From: Novakomyces olei
Lineage: Eukaryota
DNA length: 64,000 nt
Reading direction: 5' to 3'
NCBI GenBank assembly: GCA_016906335.1
Contig: JADEYG010000002.1
Span: 124,001-188,000, forward strand
Each line of letters opens with the position of its first letter. Position 1 is the stretch's first letter. The notes below the pieces were generated by a model, which saw nothing but the letters and a program-made list of their open reading frames with translations, did not search any database and was not told the DNA's origin. The translations under genes were made by a program, and so were the position numbers. Below, in pieces: positions 24,549-35,956 of this stretch.

Positions 24549-24927
24549 TTTAATTTATTCCCTTCTCGAATCTGTTGGTTAGTATTATTTGTTGTGCATA
24601 TTTAGTCTTGTTCTTGGTCGTTTGCGGCCAATAACATTTGTTTAATGATATCGAATCAGTCGGCCTGCTTTCGCTCCTGCTGCACGAGCGCTACAGCCTT
24701 CTCCATAAAAAATCAAATACTTGGATTATGTACAATATGAGCCCGATAGGGTTGGTTCACTATATAACTTATGTAAAGGTGAAAGGTGGGCGTTGTAGGT
24801 TTAAGTGGGATGCAGACAGTGAGTACTCAATGGTCTCGCGATAGCCAATCGAGTTTGTTCCCTTTACCAATGTTCTTCCTTTACCAATGATTATCCAATC
24901 GATTACTGTTTGTGACAAATAGACGTA

Positions 24928-25117
24928 CCGGCAATGTCCATTGCCGGAAAATATAAATTTAATGTTATCACAGATTATTCCGCTGCACTGCCGCGGTTAT
25001 TCCGCGCTTGTGTTTATAGTATTCCGCGATAAGAAAATGCGATAAGACGCGATAAGACGCGACAAGAAGCGAAAAGACGGAGGCGGCGCTTCTTTGATTG
25101 AAGCGTCAGTATAAATA
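24928..25117 (+). promoter_or_regulatory. Amidase promoter: CGG-N12-CCG palindrome, three TATTCCG motifs, three GATAAG sites and a TATA box
   Basis: CCGGCAATGTCCATTGCCGG at 24928-24947; TTATTCCG at 24975 and 24997 and GTATTCCG at 25019; GATAAG at 25028, 25041 and 25051; TATAAATA at 25110. Confidence 0.7.
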
Positions 25118-25146
25118 CAGCACTTTGAACACATTGTATTACTGAC

Positions 25147-27002
25147 ATGTCAAGCATGACAAAGCCGTCTTGGGAGCAGATTGCTTTGGGAAAAAGGCAG
25201 GCGCTCTACGAGCGAATCCCTGTGGGATGGCGACTCGACAATGTTCCATCTCCGCAAGATGCGCCCAGTACGGATGCGTACTTGGACTCTATTCTGGCCG
25301 AAAACGAAGTAGCCATAGTGCACTTGTCGGCAAATCAGCTGCTTGAACGAATGGGGACGGGCAGACTAAGCGCGGTCGATGTGTGTAAGGCGTTTTGCCA
25401 CCGCGCGGCTCTTTGCCACCAGCTAGTAAGCCATTCAATTCAAAATAAAAAACTTTTCCAAGCCACAAATGGCTCTGCAAACTACTCTGCCATGCTCTGA
25501 TATGCTCTTATCGCCCAGCCTGACACGCTAGACAAACTGCTTGAGCGAGATATTCTTTGATGACGCTCTCCAGCATGCGGATCAATTGGATCATTATTTC
25601 AGACAGCACGGAGAGATGATGGGGCCGCTTCATGGGCTTCCCATATCTTTGAAGGTAACCCGAAAAAAATAAAAATAAAGCAAAATAAAGCAAATATTTT
25701 GCTAGCCACTAACATTGTCAGGACCAGTTTAACGTTGCGGGTGTAGAGACATCATTGGGAATTGTGGGCCTGTTAGGGAACCCGGTTGCCGTCGAAAACG
25801 AATCGCTTCTCGTTAAAATTATGCGTGAAAATGGTGCAATATTGTTTGTTAAAACAACAGTTCCAATGGCGATGATGTCGGCCGATACATTTTCAAACAT
25901 TCATGGGCATACTGTGGCTTCTTTTAACCGCACATTGTCATCGGGTGGAAGTTCCGGAGGCGAGGCGACACTTGTTGCCTCTCATGGAGCAGTGGCAGGG
26001 TGGGGCACGGATTTGGCAGGAAGCGTGCGTATTCCCTGCACTTTTCAAGGACTTTATGGCCTTCGTCCCAGCACTGGCCGAATTCCATACTGGAATGTTG
26101 CGAATACGAATGAAGGGCAGCCAGTTATGCCCTCCGTTATAGGACCAATTGCTAGATCAATTGATGAAATTGAGCTGTTGATGAAATGCGTTATGGATTC
26201 ACATCCTTGGATGTACGATGCTAAATTGTCTCCATTGAATTGGAAAACTTTGGACCACAACAAGGAACATATTACGTTTGGAGTCTTGCGGTGGAATGGA
26301 ATAGTCATGCCTCATCCCCCGGTGCAGAGAGCAGTCGCCGAATGTGTAAGGGCGCTTGAGACAGCGGGACAAAGCGTCTTGGAGCTGGATCCACCTGACT
26401 TTATTCCTGATATAATCAAATGCGCAGGCGAGCTATTATCGGCCGATCAGATGGAGTGCTTGTTGCGACTTTGTGACCTTACAGAGGAGCCAGTTATTCC
26501 TCAAATACGAAAACTAAAAGCGCATGCAATGGGCAAGAACGCAAAGGATATATCGATAGCAGAATACTGGGAGATGGCGGAACGACGATACCATTTGCAG
26601 CAAAAATTCATTGATTTCTGGAATGACACGGCAGCCAAAACTGCAAGCAAAAGACCAATCGATGTCTTAATTTGCCCTGCTTGGGAGATGACGGCTTTCA
26701 GGCCTGGAGAGGCAGCGGCGACGCGCACAATGTACACAATCTTGCAAAACTTTATGGACTTTTGCGCAATTTCCTGTCCCGTTACTTGTGCTGACAAGAA
26801 CAAAGACTGTCTGTCTATCAATTATACTCCCACAAATGAGCTTGACAAAGCGGTTCAGGAAATGTATGATGCCAGCCAAAGTCATGGGAGCCCTGCTGGC
26901 GTTCAACTGTGCGGCAGAAGGCACCAAGAAGAACTGCTTATTAGCGCCACGCGCGTTCTGGAAAACGCTCTTAATCACAATAATGGGAGCGAAAATGTTT
27001 AG
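25147..27002 (+). CDS. Amidase-signature enzyme (acetamidase AmdS/Amd2-like)
   Basis: Exons 25147-25425, 25532-25654 and 25722-27002. The catalytic triad motifs GPLHGLPISLK|DQF, GGSSGGE and GTDLAGSVRIP are all intact. Confidence 0.93.
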
Positions 27003-28116
27003 AAGTCCATTATAATCTGTCAGATTGCCCGCAGTTTGGCAATGCGAGAACAGAGTGACAAATTAGGGTGAACACTGAGAACAAGGTGAAAATGTACATG
27101 GTGCGAGATGTGGGTTTACGGAATGATAGAGCAGCAAGAAACACTGGTTAAATATCATAAACTAGCCTTTACTGGCAAAGACCACTAGTTTGATTGAAAA
27201 CTGGATCTAGTTGAACTTGTAACGACAAAATTCTCGTGTCGCGTCAAAGAAATTAAAGCATGAAAGGCTATAATGGGCATGTATGTTTTGACTTGGATTC
27301 TTGACTTGGATTTTGAACGTGTGCAATTGAACAAAAGTCAAATATTGATTGTCTGTATTTAATATAATTTCTTCCCACTAATGAGCAAGGCAGAGAAAGT
27401 ATAGACAGTTTAGACACAATGGTTCCATTATGAGAGGTTTGTCAGTGGGAAAGAAATTAAACGAAACTAGCACCTAAGCGTCTACAGCTAAATGGGCTCA
27501 GGCGGCTGACGACTTTTGCATTTGAAGATCGATTAATTCAAACTAATTTGCTTCAACCCCGGCTCATAAACATCCTGTCCACCGGTAAATTTCGTGTAGG
27601 TCTCTACAACAGAATGAGCACTTATATACGACAGGCGTTCCTAGTGTCGGATCGCCAAAGCTACTGCACAGATATATGAGTGAATAAATAAATGTATCAT
27701 CGATCAAACTCGTATGTCTACGCGTCCCATTGCGAAGGCACTTTGAGCGTAATCCACAAAAGACGTAAATACCAAAACCGTAAATACTAAAAAAAAAGAC
27801 TCACAGGCTTTTCGGTCGTTGACAGTCGTCGATCAGATCCAGTATTCCACTCTTACTTGCCAATGCTACAAGTAATTGTTCATGCATATCGGACAACATT
27901 GCTCTTTTTCATACAATGTAATCCCAATTTCATTATTTCTGCATTATATTAAAGAGAAAACAGAAAACCAGCGGACACGCACAAGATATAAAATAGAATA
28001 AAAATAAATTAAATAAATAAATTAAATAAAATAGATAGAATAAATAAAATAAAATCAACTAGAAAAAATAAAATAAAAATAAAATAAAAATAAATAAATA
28101 AGCGTCGAGGACGGCA

Positions 28117-30309
28117 ATGAGCACAGCACCAGGCCAAAACGGCACCGGCAGCACCGGAGGCGGCACTGCTGCCGGTGGCGGTAGTGTCTCTGGAACGAAC
28201 GCAGGCAATTCTTCGCCACTGAGCCGTTCTATCCAGATCTCACGGCTTGGCCAGTCGCCGTATACGGCGAAGCATGAATCAGCAGCAGCGTCTCCGCCTC
28301 CAGCGGCATCGTCTTCGCCGCATTACAGGATCTCTGGGTTCGAAGATCCAGAGATTGTACGGAGGCATTTAGTCAATGCTGCTCCAAAAGACAGGCAGGA
28401 CACCTCGACTGGCACAGACGCGTCAGGAGCCAAACAGAGCTCAGCGGCAGAGGCCGCGTCGGCTCGGGACAGTGCCTTTGAGGACGATTTTTCTCTGCAG
28501 CTGCAAGGCGGGGACATCCATCGGCAGCTGTACCGATGGCAGAACGAGGTAGACAGGCGTGCCGAGGAGCAGAGGCAGCTGGCTGCGGGTTCGAGTCCCG
28601 GTGCTGGCGTATTAAAAAGGAGTCGGAGCGATAACGCGCTCGAGTCTGGAGCGGGTGTGGCTGCCGCAGGCGTTGACGCGGGGACTGCACCCGTTCTGGC
28701 CGACTCGGAGATCAAAAACATGATGATTCCTGGCGGTATGAGACGCAATTATATCCGCAACAAGGCTCGGCAGGACAGTGTTCAGTCGCGTGCTGGTTCT
28801 GCCCATTCAAGAGAGCAGAGCAGTGGCAGAGGCCGGACTGATACTCTGCCGCCACTGTCGCCTCGTCTTGCTCCGTCTGCTAATCCTCCTGCTCACCAGA
28901 CTTCGACTCCTTTTACCCGTAATTTTATCGAGTTCCTCAGCCTGTACGGCCATTTTGCTGGTGAGGAGTTGGAGGACGAAGACGAGGATGTGGGGCCGCT
29001 TGATGGAGGTGCCGCACTGTCAGCGGCAGAAAATGCGGCACTGAATGAACGCCGACCGCTGCTCTCGGACGTTGGCGCCAGCAGTGGGAGTTATAGCGGA
29101 GCGCTTACCCGGAAGCGCAGCAATATACTCGTCACCGGCCACGCTAGCTCACAAAAGACTGTTTTATTGTTGCTCAAGTCTTTTGTTGGGACGGGAATCC
29201 TGTTCCTGCCCAAGGCTTTTTTGAACGGAGGCATGCTGCTATCCACGATTTTGCTGGTCGGAATCGCGCTTCTCTCGCTCTACTGCTTCATTCTGCTTAT
29301 AAACACACGACTGGCTGTGCACGGGAGCTATGGTGACATTGGTGGCGCTCTTTACGGGCCCTTTATGAGACTCGCTATTCTAACGTCTGTGGCCGTCTCC
29401 CAAATCGGGTTTGTATGTGCATACACCATCTTTACCGCTGAAAATTTGGGAGCCTTTGTGCGTGAAGTCACGCACAACCATTCAAACCCGGATATTTTCT
29501 GGATGATTGTGGTGCAGTTGGTTGTCTACCTGCCCTTGGCCATGATTAGAAAGATACACAAGCTTTCCGGCACTGCATTAGTGGCAGATTTTTTTATTCT
29601 GCTTGGCATTATCGTCATTTATTACTACGATATTGCCTCGCTCATTACTCACGGAATCGCCAAGGATGTGAAGCAGTTCAATAGCTCATGGGCACTGACT
29701 TTTGGCACCTGTATCTTTACCTTTGAAGGTGTTGGAGTGCTGATCCCGATCCAGGAGACAATGAGACACCCTGAACGGTTTCCTCGACTCCTTATTATCG
29801 TCATGGTGGCAACAATTGCTCTTTTCCTCTCCGTGGCAATGATTTCCTATGCTGCTTATGGATCCGCTACAGAGACTGTAGTAATTTTGAACCTGCCTCA
29901 TGGAACAGCCACGGTGCAGGCCATCCAGTTTTTGTATGCGTGTGCTATTTTGCTCAGTACCCCTCTGCAACTGTTCCCGGCTATTCGCATTGTGGAAACA
30001 GGACTGTTTCGTAAAAGCGGCAAGGGCGATGCTGTTGTAAAATGGGAAAAGAACGTGTTCCGGTTTGGACTCGTGCTAGCTTGTGCCCTTGTTGCTTGGG
30101 GAGGGTCGAATAATCTGGACTCTTTTGTCTCCCTGACTGGTTCGTTTGCCTGCATTCCGCTCGTATACATTTATCCTCCTCTTTTGCATTTACGCGCAGT
30201 CTCCCGGACCGGTTGGTCGCATGCTCTCAACATTTTTCTCATTATTTTCGGGGCTACTTCCATGGTTTACACCAGTTACAGCACTATCGTTGAATGGGTT
30301 CGCAGCTAA
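28117..30309 (+). CDS. AVT3: Vacuolar amino acid transporter, Avt3/Avt4 type
   Basis: LQGGDIHRQLYRW, PGGMRRNYI, FTRNFIEFLSLYGHFAGE, LLLKSFVGTGILFLPKAF and FTFEGVG. Confidence 0.93.
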   Translation: MSTAPGQNGTGSTGGGTAAGGGSVSGTNAGNSSPLSRSIQISRLGQSPYTAKHESAAASPPPAASSSPHYRISGFEDPEIVRRHLVNAAPKDRQDTSTGTDASGAKQSSAAEAASARDSAFEDDFSLQLQGGDIHRQLYRWQNEVDRRAEEQRQLAAGSSPGAGVLKRSRSDNALESGAGVAAAGVDAGTAPVLADSEIKNMMIPGGMRRNYIRNKARQDSVQSRAGSAHSREQSSGRGRTDTLPPLSPRLAPSANPPAHQTSTPFTRNFIEFLSLYGHFAGEELEDEDEDVGPLDGGAALSAAENAALNERRPLLSDVGASSGSYSGALTRKRSNILVTGHASSQKTVLLLLKSFVGTGILFLPKAFLNGGMLLSTILLVGIALLSLYCFILLINTRLAVHGSYGDIGGALYGPFMRLAILTSVAVSQIGFVCAYTIFTAENLGAFVREVTHNHSNPDIFWMIVVQLVVYLPLAMIRKIHKLSGTALVADFFILLGIIVIYYYDIASLITHGIAKDVKQFNSSWALTFGTCIFTFEGVGVLIPIQETMRHPERFPRLLIIVMVATIALFLSVAMISYAAYGSATETVVILNLPHGTATVQAIQFLYACAILLSTPLQLFPAIRIVETGLFRKSGKGDAVVKWEKNVFRFGLVLACALVAWGGSNNLDSFVSLTGSFACIPLVYIYPPLLHLRAVSRTGWSHALNIFLIIFGATSMVYTSYSTIVEWVRS

Positions 30310-30600
30310 AGCGAGGGTGTTGAGCTCAAGATACTTGATTGACTGACAGAGACTGAGCTTGTCGGAAATACATTGTTACAATAGAGCATTTGTCATTTGG
30401 TTCTTTAACTGCACTTATTCAATTAATAATGTGAAAATATAATCAAATCATACTAGTAGACTTCATAAAGTTCGATACCAATTTGGTACCTTTTACACCC
30501 TTGCACAAGTTTTTGGGTTAATATGATCCATATTTTATGTGGAATATAGAGTAGAAAACTTGTGGATTGTTTTTTTTATTAGCAGCGTTGGATTCAGTCA

Positions 30601-30796
<196 letters not shown>

Positions 30797-31498
30797 ACTC
30801 GCCGACTCACTGACCGGCTAAGACAACTCAACCATGAGTGTCAGTTGTTTGACTTTTAGCTTTACAGAATACTCACTCAAAAATACATAGTTACATATAT
30901 ATAGCTCAAGCGAACCCTCACACCCTCGGGGGGATTCAGCTGAAGCAATCTAGAGTATCTAATTCATTTAATCTACCATAAGAGCAAATTCCAACCTACT
31001 ATATTCAACAGTTACTATAGTTTGTAGCTAGGGTTTTCTAGACCAACTAGCACGTAAATACGGTCAGAGAGTGAGGTAATGTATGAAACGCTGTGCCCTT
31101 TTATGTGTCGTAAATTCAGTGTTTAGTACATATTTCAGCTTACTCCAACATTTCCAATGTATCCTTACGCACGTGCTAAATAAATAAAGCCAATAGAATA
31201 AAGTTGGATTAAGTTTATTCTATATCAGCTCTCTCGATTACTTGACTGTTGTAGCATCACGCCTTGCACGAAATGATTCAACATACGTTTTATACTGGAT
31301 TGCAGCTGCAGAACTCGAAATCTTGGTTCATGAATGCCTCATGAATGCTTTTATGATAGAATAAAACATCAATTTAATTATATTCTTGGAATATACATAC
31401 GGGCAAATAACTAATATAAATATTATTGCAAAGTAACAAAACCGAGTATTATAACAAATAAATAATAAATTACCTTTTTTACATTCTATACATGTTGT

Positions 31499-32467
31499 TT
31501 ACGGGTTCCTGCACTCTTGCGCATACTCCCGTCGTAGATAATCTACCGCGTCAAATACGGCAGCAATGAGATCGTTCTCATCCAGACGCAAAGCGTGCAT
31601 CGAATGGCACGGCAGAACCGCACGGCGCCGGAAATGGGCGTCTAGTATAACAACTGCGTCAAGGCACGCTTGCCCCGCTGCCATTGGATGATGCATTCCA
31701 AGGCTCCGAGTCAATTTTTTTTGAGTATCAGACACTGCGATCAGTATTGGTAAGACGGCAACACGTGAGCCTAGTCACACGGTCGTGTACAAGACAGCTC
31801 GACCAATTGAAGAACAGAGAAGCCAGAGTAAAAAAGTATAAAATACCATAAATACCATAAAATACCATAAAATACCAAAAATACAATATCAAGTTATAAA
31901 TTTTAGCTTGATGCTACACTTACACAGCGGGAATGTAACACATCCCGACGGAAGGCTGGACAGCCAACGCAAATGAGCGTGCGACGAGTCGACCGACACT
32001 CCGTAGAGACGGCAACCACGAGAGTTTAAATCACGGTAGACTGTACTTAGCGCAAACAAATGGCCAGGCCCATCCAGCCCCGAGCTTTGTGCAAACTGCC
32101 CACCGTAAAAAGTAAGGGCGAACAAAGTACAGGGCGCAGACATAATCTCGTGTGATCCGAGTCGGCGTACGACATTCTCGCCCGGTGTTACGCACTCGAT
32201 ATGGTCAAATGCAAGAGTGATCGAGCGGTCCGCGTCAGTTACAAATGACGGACGACCTAACGCGTCCACAGATCCGAAAGCGGCACGCGTTCTTTTGCTC
32301 GGAGACGCGTCAATTGGCCTTTGCGCGTGTTTAGGCGACAAAACAATGGTGTTGCTTCCACTGGTGCTACTGCCGGAATGGGAACGAACGCGTTTTACGC
32401 GAGGCGTGGCCGGCAAATAATGAGCCGGCGCCGGCGCGTGCGCCGGCGCTTGCGAGTCGACATCCAT
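31499..32467 (-). CDS. Peroxiredoxin (AhpC/TSA)-fold protein lacking the peroxidatic Cys
   Basis: Exons 32467-31924 and 31734-31499 (intron GTAAGT..CTGATcgCAG). Spliced product includes ...LYGVSVDSSHAHLRWL...TFPLLSDTQKKLTRSLGM...AVVILD. Confidence 0.7.
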
Positions 32468-32816
32468 AATGTCAATTGCTTCACATGAGCTCTCCCACTG
32501 ACGCCCGTTACTGTATGCAACACACGCTTAAACTGGGGCTCGAGTGCTTATAAGGGCAGATCCCAGTTACTTGTAAATTAGATTCAGTATTTGTTTCCAG
32601 ATTGCCTAGATAATTCAAGTAATACGAATCGAAATGTGTAAGACGTCCATATTGGAAAAGTAACTTTGCAGCGGGTAACACACTGAGTAAAGCTTGCTCT
32701 GTAACAAACTCAAAGGAATGAAGAGTAAACCTTAGAGTAAGCTCGGAAATAGACTCAGTAATAAAGTAATAATTCGACAAGTAACGCTAGAGGCGACCAC
32801 CACAGGAAACTATAAA

Positions 32817-32890
32817 GTAAGCTTACAAGCAAGACTACAGGCAAGCTTACAGACAACTTCACAAGCAAGCTTACAGGCAACTTCACAATC
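32817..32890. repeat. Degenerate 12-bp minisatellite (CAAGCTTACAGG-like) in a divergent intergenic region
   Basis: Seen directly. Confidence 0.7.
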
Positions 32891-33193
32891 AAATTACCAG
32901 CAAGCTCTGAGTCGACATTCTCAGTAACAGAACAGTGAGATCCCAAATATACTGTCGGTTTACGACGAATAAGTCGCAAGTAACGCAGATTAACGCGTCG
33001 CAAATATATTGTAATATTGCGATTTGCCATTCATTGTTTGTGCATATACTGTGGGCAGAGACAAGGCCGGTCGGATCAAACGACGAGTCGGAGCCTTGCC
33101 TTACGGCCTTTTTATTCTTAAATTTAGCGCAATATTCACTGTGCATGAACGGCAGATTAAGGTGGCTCGACAACAGCGCTGACAGCAGTGCTC

Positions 33194-35617
33194 ATGGATT
33201 TCGAGTCGAGTGTTTTGAACACGGCCGACGAAAGAGCGATAAACTCTTTGAGATCCGCTATTGAAGATGCGCTCGAACAGTTTGCAGATTCTGAAAATGA
33301 CGAGAAAGTATTCCACACCTATTGTGACATTTGTTTTGTTTATTTCTTATTTATTTGTTTATTTAATTTAATTTAATTTAATTTAATTTAATTAATTTAT
33401 TTTTTTGATCCGTCTCGGACTGCTGCTGACTTGAAGATCCTGCTTGCCGATCTGTTTGAGATTGTGAAAACTGTCAACCAAGATGTGCATACACTCAGCT
33501 TTATGCTCGCGCTTTCTGCGGCGCAGAAACAGGATTATAGGAACGAGATTGATATGGATCCTGGCCGGTATTTAGCCATAGACGAAATGCGAAGTATTCT
33601 GGCGAGCCATGTCAGCAAAAGAGTCCACGAGGAGCCTACTGGTATGGGCAGGTCAGAGTACCAGCAAAATAATGAGCAGCACAGTCATGCTGATGGCAAT
33701 AACGGTGTTCAAGATCGGGTCCCGAGCCTGGATGAGTTTACTGATGACGATAGTGAAGAGCTGGGATTCAAGGCACAGGGCGGCAATTTGAATGGCAATT
33801 TGCCATACAACAATTATACGAAGGACAATCTACAGAAAAGAGATCTAAATGATTTTTATGGTGCTGAAAAGGATACAGATGGTGATGCTTCCATAAATAC
33901 CCACAACCATCTGATAGCCGATTATGGCGGATCAAGAAGCCTTGAGTTGCGAGACGGCTTTAATTTTAGACTAAATAATGATACACATACACAAGAGGCA
34001 AATGTCTTTGAAAGTAAGGACAACTTCAACGAGGAACAAGAGAACTTCACTTCCGAAAACGTTGTTAAACCGGCTCCGTTAGCTCGTTCTTTTACCAGCA
34101 CAAGGAGCCTTTCCGGAATTGCACCTCCTTCAGCAGGACGGAAGCACGCACGATACTCCCTCGATGGTTCTCTGCGCACCACTTCTCTAGGCAAATACGA
34201 TTTGCTCACGGATCTGCCACGAACAAGGTTCCACACTGATCACGCATTCGATACTAGGGCCAAAAACGGGAATGGTGCGGCAGGACCAGACAGGAGCCCG
34301 CCTGCCTCTGATCTCTACGATATAACTGCGCTACAAGAACAAATAGAGTCCCTGAAACAGAGCGAGTCTCGAATGCAGGCAGATATAGCGGACCACGAAG
34401 CTACAGAAGCCAGTTTGCAGTATCGATTGCAACATGCAGAGGCAGAACTGGAGGAAACAAGAAAGAAATTTGATGCATTAAAGGACCAAGAGTTTCATAA
34501 CAGCAAAGAGCATGCAGCACTGACATCACAGAAGGACGAGATATCAGCAGAGAATAAACGTATTAGGGCTCTCAATGCGTCGCTCTCTCAAGAAAAGGAT
34601 AGACTGAACTGCATCGTACAAAACTTGCAGGCCGAGCTACATAGAGCTCAAGAAGGGGCGGCAAATGCTCCAGAGGAAACCAGCTCTAGTGTATCTTTAA
34701 ACGGCTTCAATAGACTACTGGCAGAATTAGCTTCTCGAGACAATACAATATCCGAATTGAAGAGGGAGAACGAGGCGCTGCTGGGCAACAATAAAAGACT
34801 CGTTAAATCCTTGAGGGTGCAGACGACTTTAGAAGACGAGCTGCAGACCTTAAGGCAGACATTGCAGAGAATGAAAAAGGAACAAGATCGTAAAGAAGCT
34901 TCTCCTTCACAGTCTCCTCTATCGACTTGCTCCTCATCGTCTTATTCAAGAGGGGCCGCTCGTCTGAGTCACGAACTGGGGCTTGATAATGATACCAAGG
35001 GCAAGGACTTGTTCGATGAAGGCAGTCCTCTTTCAGCCAGATCTGTCAGCCCTTTTATGCCTGCAAGAGTGTCAAAGCAAGACAGGGCAAACAAGGAAAA
35101 CAATGAAAACGACACATCACAAGGCCACATGGAGCATGGCAAAAAAGACGATGAAATTGAGCAAGAGATCGGAAAAGGCTTGCAAGTGCTTGTACAAATG
35201 GACCCGGATTCGGCCATTACGAAGAGGCTCGAACAAGCCAACTCGGGCTTAAAGCGTATTCCGCCAGACAGTAGAACTATCGGGCTTTTAGCGGATGTCG
35301 AAAGCCTAAAACAAAACGTATCCGCTATAGTTCGTGCAGTTCAACGGCTATTACAGGCCCAGAATTCTGCGGTAAGTCTCGATAATAATAACGAGACTCT
35401 AGCCATGCTGAATTTGCCCTCCATGACCCGCTTGTACTCCTGGTCCGTCGTTGCTGTCGCCCTTTGCGCTCTGCTCAACGCTTACGTGTTTGGCTTCATT
35501 TCTGCTCTAGTTTTCAGCGATATTCTAGTGCTGCCATGCCTGTACGCTTTTCCGGGTGTCGGCCAATCTATTTCGAGAGTTTTACCTTTAGTATGCCGGT
35601 TATCTTCGCCAAGTTGA
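33194..35617 (+). CDS. Coiled-coil protein with a C-terminal TM segment; candidate KASH-type (Kms1/2-like) nuclear-envelope protein
   Basis: Exon 33194-33307, intron to 33436, then a long exon. It has an extended heptad region, a hydrophobic segment near the C-terminus and a short tail ending SSPS. The gene is well supported; the family call is inference. Confidence 0.6.
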
Positions 35618-35956
35618 AATGTTTACTGTGTGGTGTTTATAGCGTGATTTGTTTACCTTTTATCTGCTCTAATCAGCTTTAGCTGTTTTATTTCTTTAGT
35701 TTGCTCTAATTTGTTCCGGAGTTATGGTAGACTGTATATTGATTATTCTGTACAAATCAATGATTTAGGCTCTACATTATAGTCCGATAAGCTGTTGTGT
35801 GTTAGTGACAATGGGTTTCGACCAGGATGATGAGAAAAATGAACACAAGATCTAAATGAAATAGTAAAAGAATGTAAACAATAAACTCAAATAAAGACAA
35901 ATAAATATAAATTAATATGAAATCAGTATAAATTAAAAATAAAATAAATAAGAATC

